From Sphyrna mokarran (lineage: Eukaryota), in NCBI GenBank assembly GCA_024679065.1, contig JAGIQG010000040.1, positions 5,146,001-5,210,000 of the forward strand: a DNA stretch of 64,000 nt, written 5' to 3'. Positions 35,482-46,583 of this stretch are shown here, one piece after another. The position numbers and the translations under genes were made by a program. The notes beneath the pieces are model-generated. The model was not told the origin of the DNA. It made no database searches and saw nothing but the letters and a program-made list of their open reading frames with translations. The number at the start of each line of letters is the position of its first letter. Within the stretch, counting starts at the first letter, position 1.

Positions 35482-36360
35482 TCACTTGTGAACTTGTTGG
35501 TGTGTCAGCAGAGTGGATGAATCACAGAATCCCTTCCCACACTGAAAACAAACGAGCAGTCTCTCCCCAGTGTGAATTCGCTGGTGTGACTGCAGGGTAG
35601 AGAACCGAGTGAATCCCTTCCCACACACAGGGCAGGTGAACGGTCTCTCCCCAGTGTGAACTCGCTGGTGTCTCCGCAGATTGGATAACTGAGTGAATTC
35701 CTTCCCACACTGAGAGCAGGTGAACGGCCTCTCCCCAGTGTGAACTCGCTGATGTGTCTGCAGGTTTGATAAATGAATGAATCCCTTCCCACACTGCGAG
35801 CAGCTGTACGGCCTCTCCCCAGTGTGATCTCGCTGGTGTGTCTGCAGGCTGTACAATTGAGTGAATCCCTTCCCACACTGAGTGCAAGTGAATGGTCTCT
35901 CCCCAGTGTGAACCCGTTGGTGTGCCTGCAGATGAGATACCTGAGTGAATCTTTTCTCACATTCAGAGCAGCTGAATGGCCTCTCTCCTGTGTGAACTCG
36001 CTGGTGCTTCTGTAGGTTGGATGACTTACTGAATCCCTTCCCACACTGAGAGCAGGTGAATGGCCTCTCCCCAGTGTGAACTCGCTGGTGTGTCTGCAGG
36101 CTGGATACCTGAGTAAATCCCTTTCCACACTGACAGCAGGTGAATGCACTCTCCCCGGTGTGAACTCGCTGGTGTCTCTGCAGAGTGGATGAATCACTGA
36201 ATCCCTTCCCACAAACACAGCAGGTGAATGGCCTCTCCCCAGTGTGGCTGCGTCGATGAGCTTCCAGTAGAGAGGGCGCTTTGTATCTCTTTCCACAGTC
36301 CTCACATTTCCACGGTTTTTCCATATTGCTGGTCTCCTTGTATTGTTGCAGGTTTATCAT
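35482..36360 (-). CDS. Tandem C2H2 zinc-finger protein, 10 fingers (family-conserved Met at 36324 gives 280 aa)
   Basis: MEKPWKC...10 fingers with HTGERPF linkers; exon acceptor at ~36675. Confidence 0.92.
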   Translation of the reverse strand: MINLQQYKETSNMEKPWKCEDCGKRYKAPSLLEAHRRSHTGERPFTCCVCGKGFSDSSTLQRHQRVHTGESAFTCCQCGKGFTQVSSLQTHQRVHTGERPFTCSQCGKGFSKSSNLQKHQRVHTGERPFSCSECEKRFTQVSHLQAHQRVHTGERPFTCTQCGKGFTQLYSLQTHQRDHTGERPYSCSQCGKGFIHLSNLQTHQRVHTGERPFTCSQCGKEFTQLSNLRRHQRVHTGERPFTCPVCGKGFTRFSTLQSHQRIHTGERLLVCFQCGKGFCDSSTLLTHQQVHK

Positions 36361-37049
36361 TTGAAGCCTTGTTCACACAGACAACACTGTACAGTCTCTC
36401 CTCGCTGTGAATGCTGTGATGTATTTTGCAGGATGTGTAACTGCTTAAAGCTCTTTCCACACTCAGTGCACTGGAACACTCTCACTCGGGTGTGTGTTTG
36501 CATCTGTGTTTTTCCAGTCACATTGTTGTTTAAAATCTTGCAGTCGACAGACCGGTCAAACATTTCTCCTTCTCAATCAGAGGCTGAGGATATTTAGTTT
36601 CCAAGGAACTGAGGGACTCTGTCAGATCAAGATGTGATATTTAATATTTATCTGTGTGATTCTTCTTCTAATATCCTGTAAAAACAGTTGACAAAATTCA
36701 TCACAGTCAGTTCAGGATAGAAATTCAGAACAGGCAATTCTAGTTTCTATGGAACATTCTTTCCTCTCTTATTCCCCAGACGCTGTAAATTTCCATCCCA
36801 CACATTCTCCCTCCATTCTCATTCTGCTGTATCAAATATTCACCCTCTCAATTCTCCTGAAGGTGCTGATTGAGGCTTGTTGATAAATATATACTTACTA
36901 CTTCCTGTCCTGGAGTCCGAGAGCTGAAAACCTCCAGGCAGGAGAAATAACAGAAATATGGCTACTTTCCTTGATTAAGGATGATTTTCCTTGACTAAGG
37001 ATGAGGTTGTGATTGATGATGATATTGAACTTGCTGCCAACGTAGGTGA

Positions 37050-37865
37050 CCATAGAGTTTTACTGCATGGAAAGAGGCCCTTCAGCCCATCATGTTTGCG
37101 CCAGTCTTCAAGGACCATTCTATTCTAACCCCATTTTCTATGTTGTTGCATAACCTTGTGAACTATGGCATTTCAAGAGCTTATCTAAATTCTTTTTAAA
37201 AGTTATGATGATTCCCACTTTACCACCCTTTCAGGCAGTGAGATCCAGGTTCCCACCACTATCTGAGTGAAAAAGTTTTCCTTCGCTTCTTCTATAAACT
37301 TCCTGCCCTGAACTTAAATCCAGGCCCCTGATTATTGACCGCTGTACCAAAAAGAAAAGTTCCTTTCTATCCCCCCCTCAGAATTTTATACACCTCGATC
37401 AGGTCCCTTCATCCTTCTCTGTTCCCAAAAACATAACACCAGCCTATCCAATCTCTCTTGAGAGCTGAAACACTGCAGCCCAACCAACACCCTGGGGAAT
37501 TTCCCCTGCACCTTCTACACTGCAATTACATCCTTCCTGTACTGTGGCAACCAGAGCTACACATAGTTCTCCACCTGTGGCCTAACCAGTGGTTTATACA
37601 GCTCCATCAGGACCTCCCTGCCCTTATATTCAATGCTTCGATTAATAAAGGCAAGAATCCCACGTGCCTTCTGAACCACCTTATGTAACTGTCCCACTGT
37701 CTTCAAAGATCGACAGACATCAACTCCAAGGTCCCTCTGATCCTCTGTACCTCCAAGATCTGACCATTCATTGCGCATTCCGTTACCTTGTTAGTCCTCC
37801 CAAAATGTATTACCTCAAACCTTTAAGGATTGAATTCCACTTGCTCTGGTTCTACCCACCTGACT
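37050..37865 (-). mobile_element. CR1-like LINE 3' fragment
   Basis: QRDLGVDV...GILAFINRSIEYKGREVLMELYKPLVRP on the minus strand. Confidence 0.85.
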
Positions 37866-38094
37866 AAAGTTTTGAAGTTTATGCATTAGTGTGACAAGTA
37901 GTCTTACGTTAGCACTGCAACGAAGTTTCTGCGCCACACTCCAGCATCCCTTTGGATGCACAGAGGGAGAATTCAGCATGACCAATACACCTAACATCTT
38001 TCGGACTGTGTGAGGAAACTGGAGCACCCGGAGAAAACTTACACATACAAGGGGAGAATGTGCAGACTCTTTCACATGATGAAAGAACGCCTTT

Positions 38095-38820
38095 GGATTT
38101 CCTCCCAGACGTTGCACAGAGGAGGAAGTTTTGTTCTGAAGCTCATCGGCCAACTTCCGCATTCAGACACTGGAGAGAGACTCTGATTGGCTGGAGGACA
38201 AGAATCCTTCCGGTCGTCCAACTCTTTCTATTGGTCAACGCCTCAGCGTGGGGCTCAAAGGGTGGGCTCTCTCTGCACATGCGCACTTTTCCCTCTCCCT
38301 TGGACATGCGCAGTCCCGGGCCGGGGGGAGGGGGGAGATCACCGAGCGGCTTCTCGCTCTGCCCGGAGCCGCCAGCCGCTTGTCTGGAAACCTTGGCTCG
38401 AGGAGGGGGAGGGGAACAATGGGTGGGGGCGGGGCTCCCGGAGGGGAACAGTGGAGGGGGCGGGATCCCGGAGGGGAACAATGGGTGGGGGCGGGGCTCC
38501 CGGAGGGGAACAATGGGTGGGGGGCGGGGTTCCCGGAGGGGCACAATGGGTGGGGGCGGGGCTTCCGGTGCCGCGTGGCGGAGTCTCCACCCCATAACCC
38601 TCACGCTGAGCTGCTGAGCAATGGGAAGATTTGGAGGACCGGAAGGATACTGGTCCTCCAGCCAATCACAGCCCGGGCTTTGTGTGAATGAAGATTGCAC
38701 TTCGGACAGACTTAAACTTCCTCCGGTCTCCCACATCTGTGAGTAAAACACTTTCTTTTCTCCCCCTATCCATTTCTTTTCTTATTCTGGAGGAAATTGT
38801 TGACTTGCAGCAACCGATCG
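38095..38820. promoter_or_regulatory. Bidirectional CpG promoter of zinc-finger module 2 (inverted paralog of 30950-31510)
   Basis: CCAAT boxes, two ACATGCGCA motifs, + strand donor GTGAGT at ~38739; lies between divergent ZNF genes. Confidence 0.7.
38408..38562. repeat. GC-rich ~31-bp tandem repeat, about 5 units
   Basis: GGAGGGGAACAATGGGTGGGGGCGGGGCTCCC units. Confidence 0.85.
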
Positions 38821-40475
38821 CGAGAAATAGAAGCAGTAGCGGCCACAGGCCCTTCAAGCCTGTCCCGCTATTCAATACAATCATATCTAACTCGTCATGG
38901 TGCCACTTCCCATAGCCCTCTATCCCTCGATCTATTAAATATTTATCCACCTCACTTTAAATACTTCAAATCATCTAGTTTCCACCACCCTTTGGGACAG
39001 AGAATTCCAGAGATCCACCATTCTCTGCGAAAATAAATTTCTATGTACCTCAGTTTTAAATGACCAACCCTTTATCTTGTAGTTGTTTGTGATTCTTCTA
39101 CTCTTGAAAATATTACCCTATCAAACCTCCCCTCCTCAGGATCTTATATATTTCAATAAACTCACCCCTTTGCTTTCTAAACTTCAAGGAATGCAGACCT
39201 TGACAATTTTTTTCTCTCTTGTCCTCTCATCCCAAGAAATAGGCTTGTGGATATCCTTTGGATTACTGCCAATGTGACTATGTCCTTGTTTAAATAGGGG
39301 GATCAAAACTGTGTTCCAGTTTAGGCCTCATCAAAACCCTGTGCAGTTGCCACAAAACCGGCCTGCTTTTAAATCTGACCCCATTGCAATAAAATCATAA
39401 TTCCATTTTCCTTCTTATTACTGAGGGGCCTGCCTGCCACCTTTTTGTGATTCAGGCACAAGAACACCTAGATCCCTCTGTACTTCACTCACCTGCAGCA
39501 CCTCTTCATGTGGATAATCTCCCTTTTGATTCCTCCTACTGAAATTAATGAACAGCACGGTGGCACAGTGGTCAGCACTGCTGGCTCACAGTGCCAGGGA
39601 CCTGGGTTCGATTCCCAGCTTGGGTCACTGACTGTTTGGAGTTTGCATGTTTTCCCCATGGGTTTCTTCTGGGTGCTCTGGTTTCTTCCTACAGTCTGAA
39701 AGACGTGCTTCTTAACTGCATTGACCTGAACAGGCGCCGGACTGCGATGACTAGTAAACAAGTAACATTAATACTGCAGTGAAATTACTTTATGATCTAA
39801 CATTTCCCCAAGTTAAACTTAATTTGCCAGATTTTCATCACTCAGAGTATCTATATCCTCATCACAACATATTCTTCCACCTATCATCGTATCATTTAGA
39901 AACATTATATTCTGTTCCTTCATCCTGGTCATTAATTAAATAATGAACAATTGTGAGCCAAGAACTGATCCTTGTCAGACGCCACTAGTTACATGTTCCC
40001 ACTCTGAAAATGATCTATTTATTCCAACTCCCTATTTTCTATGTGACGGCCAGTTTTTAATTCATACTAATACACTTGCACCAATTCCACGGGCCTTTAC
40101 TTAATGCACCAGACTCTTATGCACCACCTTGTCAAATGCTTTTTGGAAATCTTAGAATCCCTAGGGTGCAGAAAGAGGCCATTCAGCCTCTGCACTGACT
40201 CTTGAACACAGCATCTTTCCTAGGTCCTATCCCCATACCCCAACATTTTTACCCCACTAATCCCCCTAATCTACATCTATTGGGACACAAAGGGGCAATT
40301 TAGCATGGCGAATCCACTTAACCCACAAATCTTTGGACCGTGGGAGGAAACTGGAGCATCTGGAGGAAACCCACACAGGGAACATGCAGACTCTATGCAG
40401 ACAGTGACCCAAGAGTGGAATTGAACCCGTGTTCCTGGTGCTGTGAGGCAGCAGTGCTAACCACAGTGCCACCAT
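38820..40475. mobile_element. Nested CR1-like fragments (-) with SINEs at 39552-39750 (+) and 40153-40475 (-)
   Basis: LINE tail and ORF2 remnants interrupted by SINE heads and cores. Confidence 0.7.
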
Positions 40476-41046
40476 GGTGACTTTGTGCCACTCTTACTAT
40501 TAACTTACTCCTGTTCCTGATGTTCAAAAGGCATTGCACCACGAGCTTTTAAAGGGCAATTAGTAGTGGGATCATATAGTGGCCCGACCAGTGATTCCCA
40601 CATACCATAAAAGTATGAAAAAAAAGAGAATTGTCGGTTTGAATTTCACCCTGGTACTGATTTTGTAAACTCCTTTCACAGGATATTAGAAGGTGAGAAA
40701 CTACAGTCAAAAATCACAAACCAAACATCACATCAAGATTTGGCACAGTCACTGAATTCATCAGGAGCTGATTATCATTGGCTTCGGAATCTAGAAGGAG
40801 AAATATCTGTTTCTTCTGTTTGCTTAAAAAGGATTGAAACATCAGTGTGATTGGAAAAGCACCGAGACACTCACACATCCAAGTGAGAGTGTTCCAGTGC
40901 ACTGACTGTGGAAAGAACTTTAACTTGTTGCACAGCCTGGAAAAGATTTTGCATAATTTGGAACAGGAAGACCATGCATCTGTTGTGTGTGTGGACAAGT
41001 CTTCAACTAATCGTTAAACTTTGAGATTCAAAAGTACACTAGCACC

Positions 41047-41889
41047 ATGGAGACACCGTGGCGATGTGAGGACTGTGGGAAGAAATGGCGGTTCCCATCT
41101 GAGCTGGAAATTCATCGACGCATTCACACTGGAGAGAGGCCGTTTACCTGCTCAGACTGTGGGAAGGGATTTGCTCATTCGTGCAACCTGCAGACACATC
41201 AGCGAGTTCACACCGGGGAGAGGCCATTCACCTGCTCTGACTGTGGAAAGGGATTCACTCATTTAACCCACCTCCACACGCACAAGCGAGTTCACACTGG
41301 GGAGAAACCATTCTTCTGCTCTCAGTGCGGGAAGGGATTCTCTCAGTTATCCCACGTTCTGAGACACCAGCGAGTTCATACCAGGGAGAGGCCCTTCACC
41401 TGCAAGGAATGTGGAAAAACATTCACTACTTCATGGAACCTGCTGACACACCAGCGAATTCACACTGGGGAGAAGCCATTCACCTGCTGTGCATGTGGGA
41501 AGGGATTCACTCGGTTATGCAGCCTGCAGACACACCAACGCGTTCACACCGGGGAGAAACCATTCACCTGCCCTGAGTGTGAGAAGAGATTCGCTCAGTT
41601 GTCCCACCTACTGTCACACCAGCGAGTTCACACCGGGGAGAGGCCGTTCATCTGCAGCGTGTGTGGGAAGGGATTCAGTGAATCATTCACCCTGCTAATA
41701 CACCAGCGAGTTCACAAGGACGAGAGGCCATTCACCTGCTCAGAGTGTGGGATGGGATTCACTAAATCGTCCAACCTCCTGACACACCAACATGTTCACA
41801 CAGAGGAGAAGCCGTTCCCCTGCTCTGTGTGTGGGAAGGGATACACTCAGTTATCCAGCCTGCGGAGACACCAGAAAGGGCACAAGTGA
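41047..41889 (+). CDS. Tandem C2H2 zinc-finger protein, 280 aa, 10 fingers
   Basis: METPWRC start, 10 canonical fingers; exon acceptor TTTCACAG|GATATT at 40681/40682. Confidence 0.92.
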   Translation: METPWRCEDCGKKWRFPSELEIHRRIHTGERPFTCSDCGKGFAHSCNLQTHQRVHTGERPFTCSDCGKGFTHLTHLHTHKRVHTGEKPFFCSQCGKGFSQLSHVLRHQRVHTRERPFTCKECGKTFTTSWNLLTHQRIHTGEKPFTCCACGKGFTRLCSLQTHQRVHTGEKPFTCPECEKRFAQLSHLLSHQRVHTGERPFICSVCGKGFSESFTLLIHQRVHKDERPFTCSECGMGFTKSSNLLTHQHVHTEEKPFPCSVCGKGYTQLSSLRRHQKGHK

Positions 41890-42699
41890 TGGCAGATTTT
41901 GCTGCTCCTGCTGCTGTTAATCACATCCTCGACTGAACCAGGTTCGTTCTGATTGTTGGGGGAGTTGGAGAGTTTCTTTCTGCTGGACTGACCAGTCAGC
42001 CAAATTCCTGTTGGTCTTTGAGAATTGTTGCAGTTATCTACTTCCATATTTTATTTGCATCACAGAATTAAATAATGTTTGGAATGAGACAAATTGTTTG
42101 GAACTCTTGAAATCATGCCAGGTTTCCATGGAGATGGGCTGTGGTGGTTTGAATGTTCTTTTTTATTTCTCTGGCTGTTTCACACAGAAGGAAATTACAA
42201 AGCTATAGATCTACGTTTGCTGTGATTGAGTGGGATACTACATTAAAAGACGTGATCTGGACAATTAAGGGCTGGTTTTTAAGGAATGCAGTGCTATAGT
42301 GGTATTGCTACTGGAATTGTAATCCAGAGACCCAGGTTAATGCACAGAGGCCACAGGTCAAGTTCCAGCACAGTAAGAATCCAGAACTAAAACTTTAATG
42401 GTGACCATGAAACCATTGTCGGTTGTCGGAAAAACCATCTGGTTTACCAATGTCCTTTATGGAAGGAAATCTACCGTTCTTACCTGGTATAGCCTACATG
42501 TGACTCCAGACAGCCAAGAAATGTGGTTTGCCCTCTGAAATGGCCAACTAAGGCATTCCATTGTATCAGATTGCTAGAAAGATTCTCATGAATGAAATTG
42601 AACTATTTCTGTACTAATCATCATAAAGCAGCAAGCGATAGACAGAACTGAATGATCCCACCATCAATGGGTCAGATCGAAGCTCTGCAGTCCTGCCAG

Positions 42700-43170
42700 T
42701 AATATTTGTGTTGTACAAGCACCAGACAATGAAATGAAATGTAGAGAATCACAAGAGAATCAAACCATCGCCTCTTGACATTCAATGACATGACTGAATT
42801 CCCTATCAACAGGCTGGAGATTACTATCGCCCAGAAACTGAACTGAATCAGCCAAATAAACACAATGGCTGTAAGAGCATGTTGGAGGCTGGGAATCTGC
42901 AGCCAATAACTCACCTCTTGTCTCCGAGAGCCTGCCCACCATTTACAAGTCAGAAAGGTGATGGAATGCTCTCTGCTTGCCTGGGTGAGTGAACTCCAAC
43001 AACACAAGAAGCTCACCACCATCCGGGACAAAGTAACTCGCTTGATCGGCACCCCACTCTCAAACATTCTCTTCCTCCACCACCGAAGCACAGGGGCAGC
43101 AGTGTTACCATCAAAAAATGCACTGCAGGAACTCACTGAGGCTCCTTAGCATCTTCCAAACACATGACCT
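42700..43170 (+). mobile_element. Decayed LINE ORF2 C-terminal fragment (CR1/L2 clade)
   Basis: Remnants MECSLLAW...KKLTTIRDKVTRLIG and LHHRST. Confidence 0.65.
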
Positions 43171-44559
43171 TTAAATTTAAATCAGCCAATGTATCAAAGG
43201 GTGTTTTATAAATTTCTGTTGAGGGTTAGGCTGCAAGTTTTATTGTGATAAATAATAAAATATGTTTTAATTCCATCATGTTACTCACAAGCAGAACATT
43301 TTATTTTGATATTTCTTGAATCATGCTCACCTCCAAAGCATTTGGCTGTTGTGTCCAGAGTCTCCATGTCAAGTTACTTATTGTAGGCTGAACAAACGAA
43401 AGCATTTAGACGAATTAAATGAGTACATTACAGAACTTCTACAACAATTTGTCGAGGAGGCAGGAAAGCACAGACTATTTTGGGTTAAATATAATGTAAT
43501 AAAACATGAGTCATGAGTAATGTTATGATTAAAAAATTTGGAAAAAGTCGTAGCCTGATTGCGGCATAAGAGGGGATTGAGTGAGAAATTCTGTAATTCT
43601 CGGAGACCATGTTATAAGTTTGAAAAAAATGTGATGAAGTCTGAAACTGGTCTAAACTTTCATTGTTGCCAATTATGCAGGCACAAAGAGCAAGTTTGAT
43701 GATGTAAATCATTAAATTAAAGTAAGAAACATGTGTGTTGATAAGGAATAGAAAATATTTTTAAAAAAATCACAATTCTAAATGAGCATACATTAACTGA
43801 TGTATAAGATACCATTGGATACATTATACTACCATGGGTAATAAGAAACGATCAGCATGCTAATTATTTGAAGGAAGGTGATTGCAATGTTCACAAGCCA
43901 AGTGGTCTGAGACCTTATTGAAAATGGAAAAAAATATTTCAGGGCATGGGAAGAAATTATCATTACCTGACCCAAGGCCCTGGATATCTACAGTAAGACA
44001 TCTCTACTTCTGAACTCAAATTCCCTTGCACAGAAGGTGAATGTATTATTTGCCTTCCTAATTGCTCAGTGCGGCTGCCTCTCTACTGTCATTAACCGGT
44101 GTACAATGACACACAGAACCCTCTATACATTCACTCTTCCCAATATATCAGCATTTAGATAATGTTCTGGATTTATGTTTTCTTTCACATTAAGTAGTGT
44201 TGAGCTGCACTTGTCATGTGTTTTCTGTTACTTAATTTGTCTCCATCCTTTTGTAGCCTCTTTGCATCAACCTCCCAACTCACAATTACACCCAGTCGTC
44301 AGCAAACTTGGACATTTACATATGATTCCATCATCCGGGCCGTACTCTGTGCAGAGACAAACAGATGTAACATAACAGCTCTCTAAACATTCAATCTAGT
44401 TCCCGAAGAAAAGTTACTGAAGGCACTGTGTGACTGGAATTTAGCCAATTTGGCTTACTTATGCGCCAAGGCCAGATTTTTGGAGAAATACAAATCTATG
44501 ATGGAAACATTCAATATGCTGCTGTTCTTCATAAAGACAAGGTAACATGGGAAACTTCG

Positions 44560-44875
44560 GTTGCAAGATGACAAAGTGGTTAGCACTGCTACCTCACAGC
44601 GCCAGCATCTGGGTTTGATTCCCAGCTTGAGTCACTGCCTACGTAGAGTTTGTACATTCTTCTCCTGTCTCTGTGGGTTTTCTCCAGGTGCTCCAGTTTC
44701 CTCCCACAGTCCAAAGACTTGCAAGTTAGGTGGATTGGACGTGCTAAATTGCCCCTTAGTGTCAGGGGAGCTAGCTAGGGTAAATGCATGGGATTACAGG
44801 AAGTAGGGCTGGGATGGGATTGTGGTCGGTGCAAGTTTGATGGGCCGAGTGGCCTCCTTTTCAATCTGACTCTAT
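44560..44875 (+). mobile_element. HE1-like SINE
   Basis: AGTGGTTAGCACTGCT...GGGTTTGATTCCC head, core and tail. Confidence 0.85.
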
Positions 44876-45175
44876 GAGACCTGGTAGAAAGAATTATAAA
44901 TCAGAAGTTTCTCATTAGTGGCTAGAAAATTAGAATGCAGGTGGCAAATTCATTCGGAGATTAAAATGTGGACTTCACCCTTTCTGCTGAGCAGTTAATT
45001 CCTACAAACTCAGATCTCGATGTTCAGATTAGCTCCAGGAGAGATGTTTCTGATCAGTTGTTAATTCCCACAAACTCAGGGCTGAATATTCAGACCAGCT
45101 CCAGGGGAGATGTTTCTGATCAGTTGTTAATTCCCATAAACTCAGGGCTGAATATTCAGATCAGCTCCAGGGGAG

Positions 45176-45402
45176 ATAGAACATAGAACATAGAACATTA
45201 CAGCACAGAACAGGCCCTTCGGCCTTCGATGTTGTGCCGACCAAAATAAAAAGCAATGCCCCTCCAAACTAAACCATTCCCTTCTCTTCCATATACTTAT
45301 CAATTAACCTCTTAAACGCCACCAAACTTGGCGCATCTACAACAGCTGCAGGCAGGGCATTCCACTCCCTAATCACTCTTTGAGTAAAGAACCTACCTCT
45401 GA
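45176..45402 (-). mobile_element. Young CR1-like LINE 3' end inserted in the minisatellite
   Basis: Near-identical to 14076-14300. Confidence 0.85.
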
Positions 45403-46356
45403 ATCTGAATATTCAGACCAGCTCCAGGGGAGATGTTTCTGATCAGTTGTTAATTCCCATAAACTCAGGGCTGAATATTCAGACCAGCTCCAGGGGAGAT
45501 GTTTCTGATCAGTTGTTAATTCCCATAAACTCCGGGCTGAATATTCAGACCAGCTCCAGAGGAGATGTTTCTGATCAGTTGTTAATTCCCATAAACTCAG
45601 GGCTGAATATTCAGACCAGCTCCAGGGGAGATGTTTCTGATCAGTTGTTAATTCCCACAAACTCAGGGCTGAATATTCAGACCAGCTCCAGGAGAGATGT
45701 TTCTGATCAGTTGTTAATTCCCATAAACTCAGGGCTGAATATTCAGACCAGCTCCAGGGGAGATGTTTCTGATCAGTTGTTAATTCCCACAAACTCAGGG
45801 CTGAATATTCAGACCAGCTCCAGGGGAGATGTTTCTGATCAGTTGTTAATTCCCACAAACTCAGGGCTGAATATTCAGACCAGCTCCAGGAGAGATGTTC
45901 CTGATCAGTTGTTAATTCCCACAAACTCAGGGCTGAATATTCAGACCAGCTCCAGGGGAGATGTTTCTGATCAGTTGTTAATTCCCACAAACTCAGGGCT
46001 GAATATTCAGACCAGCTCCAGGGGAGATGTTCCTGATCAGTTGTTAATTCCCATAAACTCAGGGCTGAATATTCAGACCAGCTCCAGGGGAGATGTTTCT
46101 GATCAGTTGTTAATTCCCATAAACTCAGCGCTGAATATTCAGACCAGCTCCAGGGGAGATGTTTCTGATCAGTTGTTAATTCCCATAAACTCAGGGCTGA
46201 ATATTCAGACCAGCTCCAGGGGAGATGTTTCTGATCAGTTGTTAATTCCCATAAACTCAGGGCTGAATATTCAGACCAGCTCCAGGGGAGATGTTTCTGA
46301 TCAGTTGTTAATTCCCACAAACTCAGGGCTGAATATTCAGATCAGCTCCAGGGGAG

Positions 46357-46583
46357 ATAGAACATGAACTAGAACATTACAGCACAGAACAGGCCCTTCG
46401 GCCTTCGATGTTGTGCCGACCAAAATAAAAACAATGCCCCTCCAAACTAAACATTCCCTTCTCTTCCATATACTTATCAATTAACCTCTTAAACGCCACC
46501 AAACTTGGCGCATCTACAACAGCTGCGGCAGGGCATTCCACTCCCTAATCACTCTTTGAGTAAAGAACCTACCTCTGGATATC
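46357..46583 (-). mobile_element. Second copy of the same LINE tail in the minisatellite
   Basis: Same insertion position in the unit and nearly the same truncation point as 45176-45402, with small indels. Confidence 0.8.

Noticed and set aside
30871-38751. Pro/Gly-rich ORFs over the two CpG promoters (30871-31488, 38060-38751)
   Set aside because: Explained by high GC content and the 31-bp repeat; no domain signal.
28933-41698. Alternative-frame ORFs over the ZNF genes ([11 protein letters not shown]..., VWEGIHSVI...)
   Set aside because: Shadow frames of the 84-bp finger repeat.
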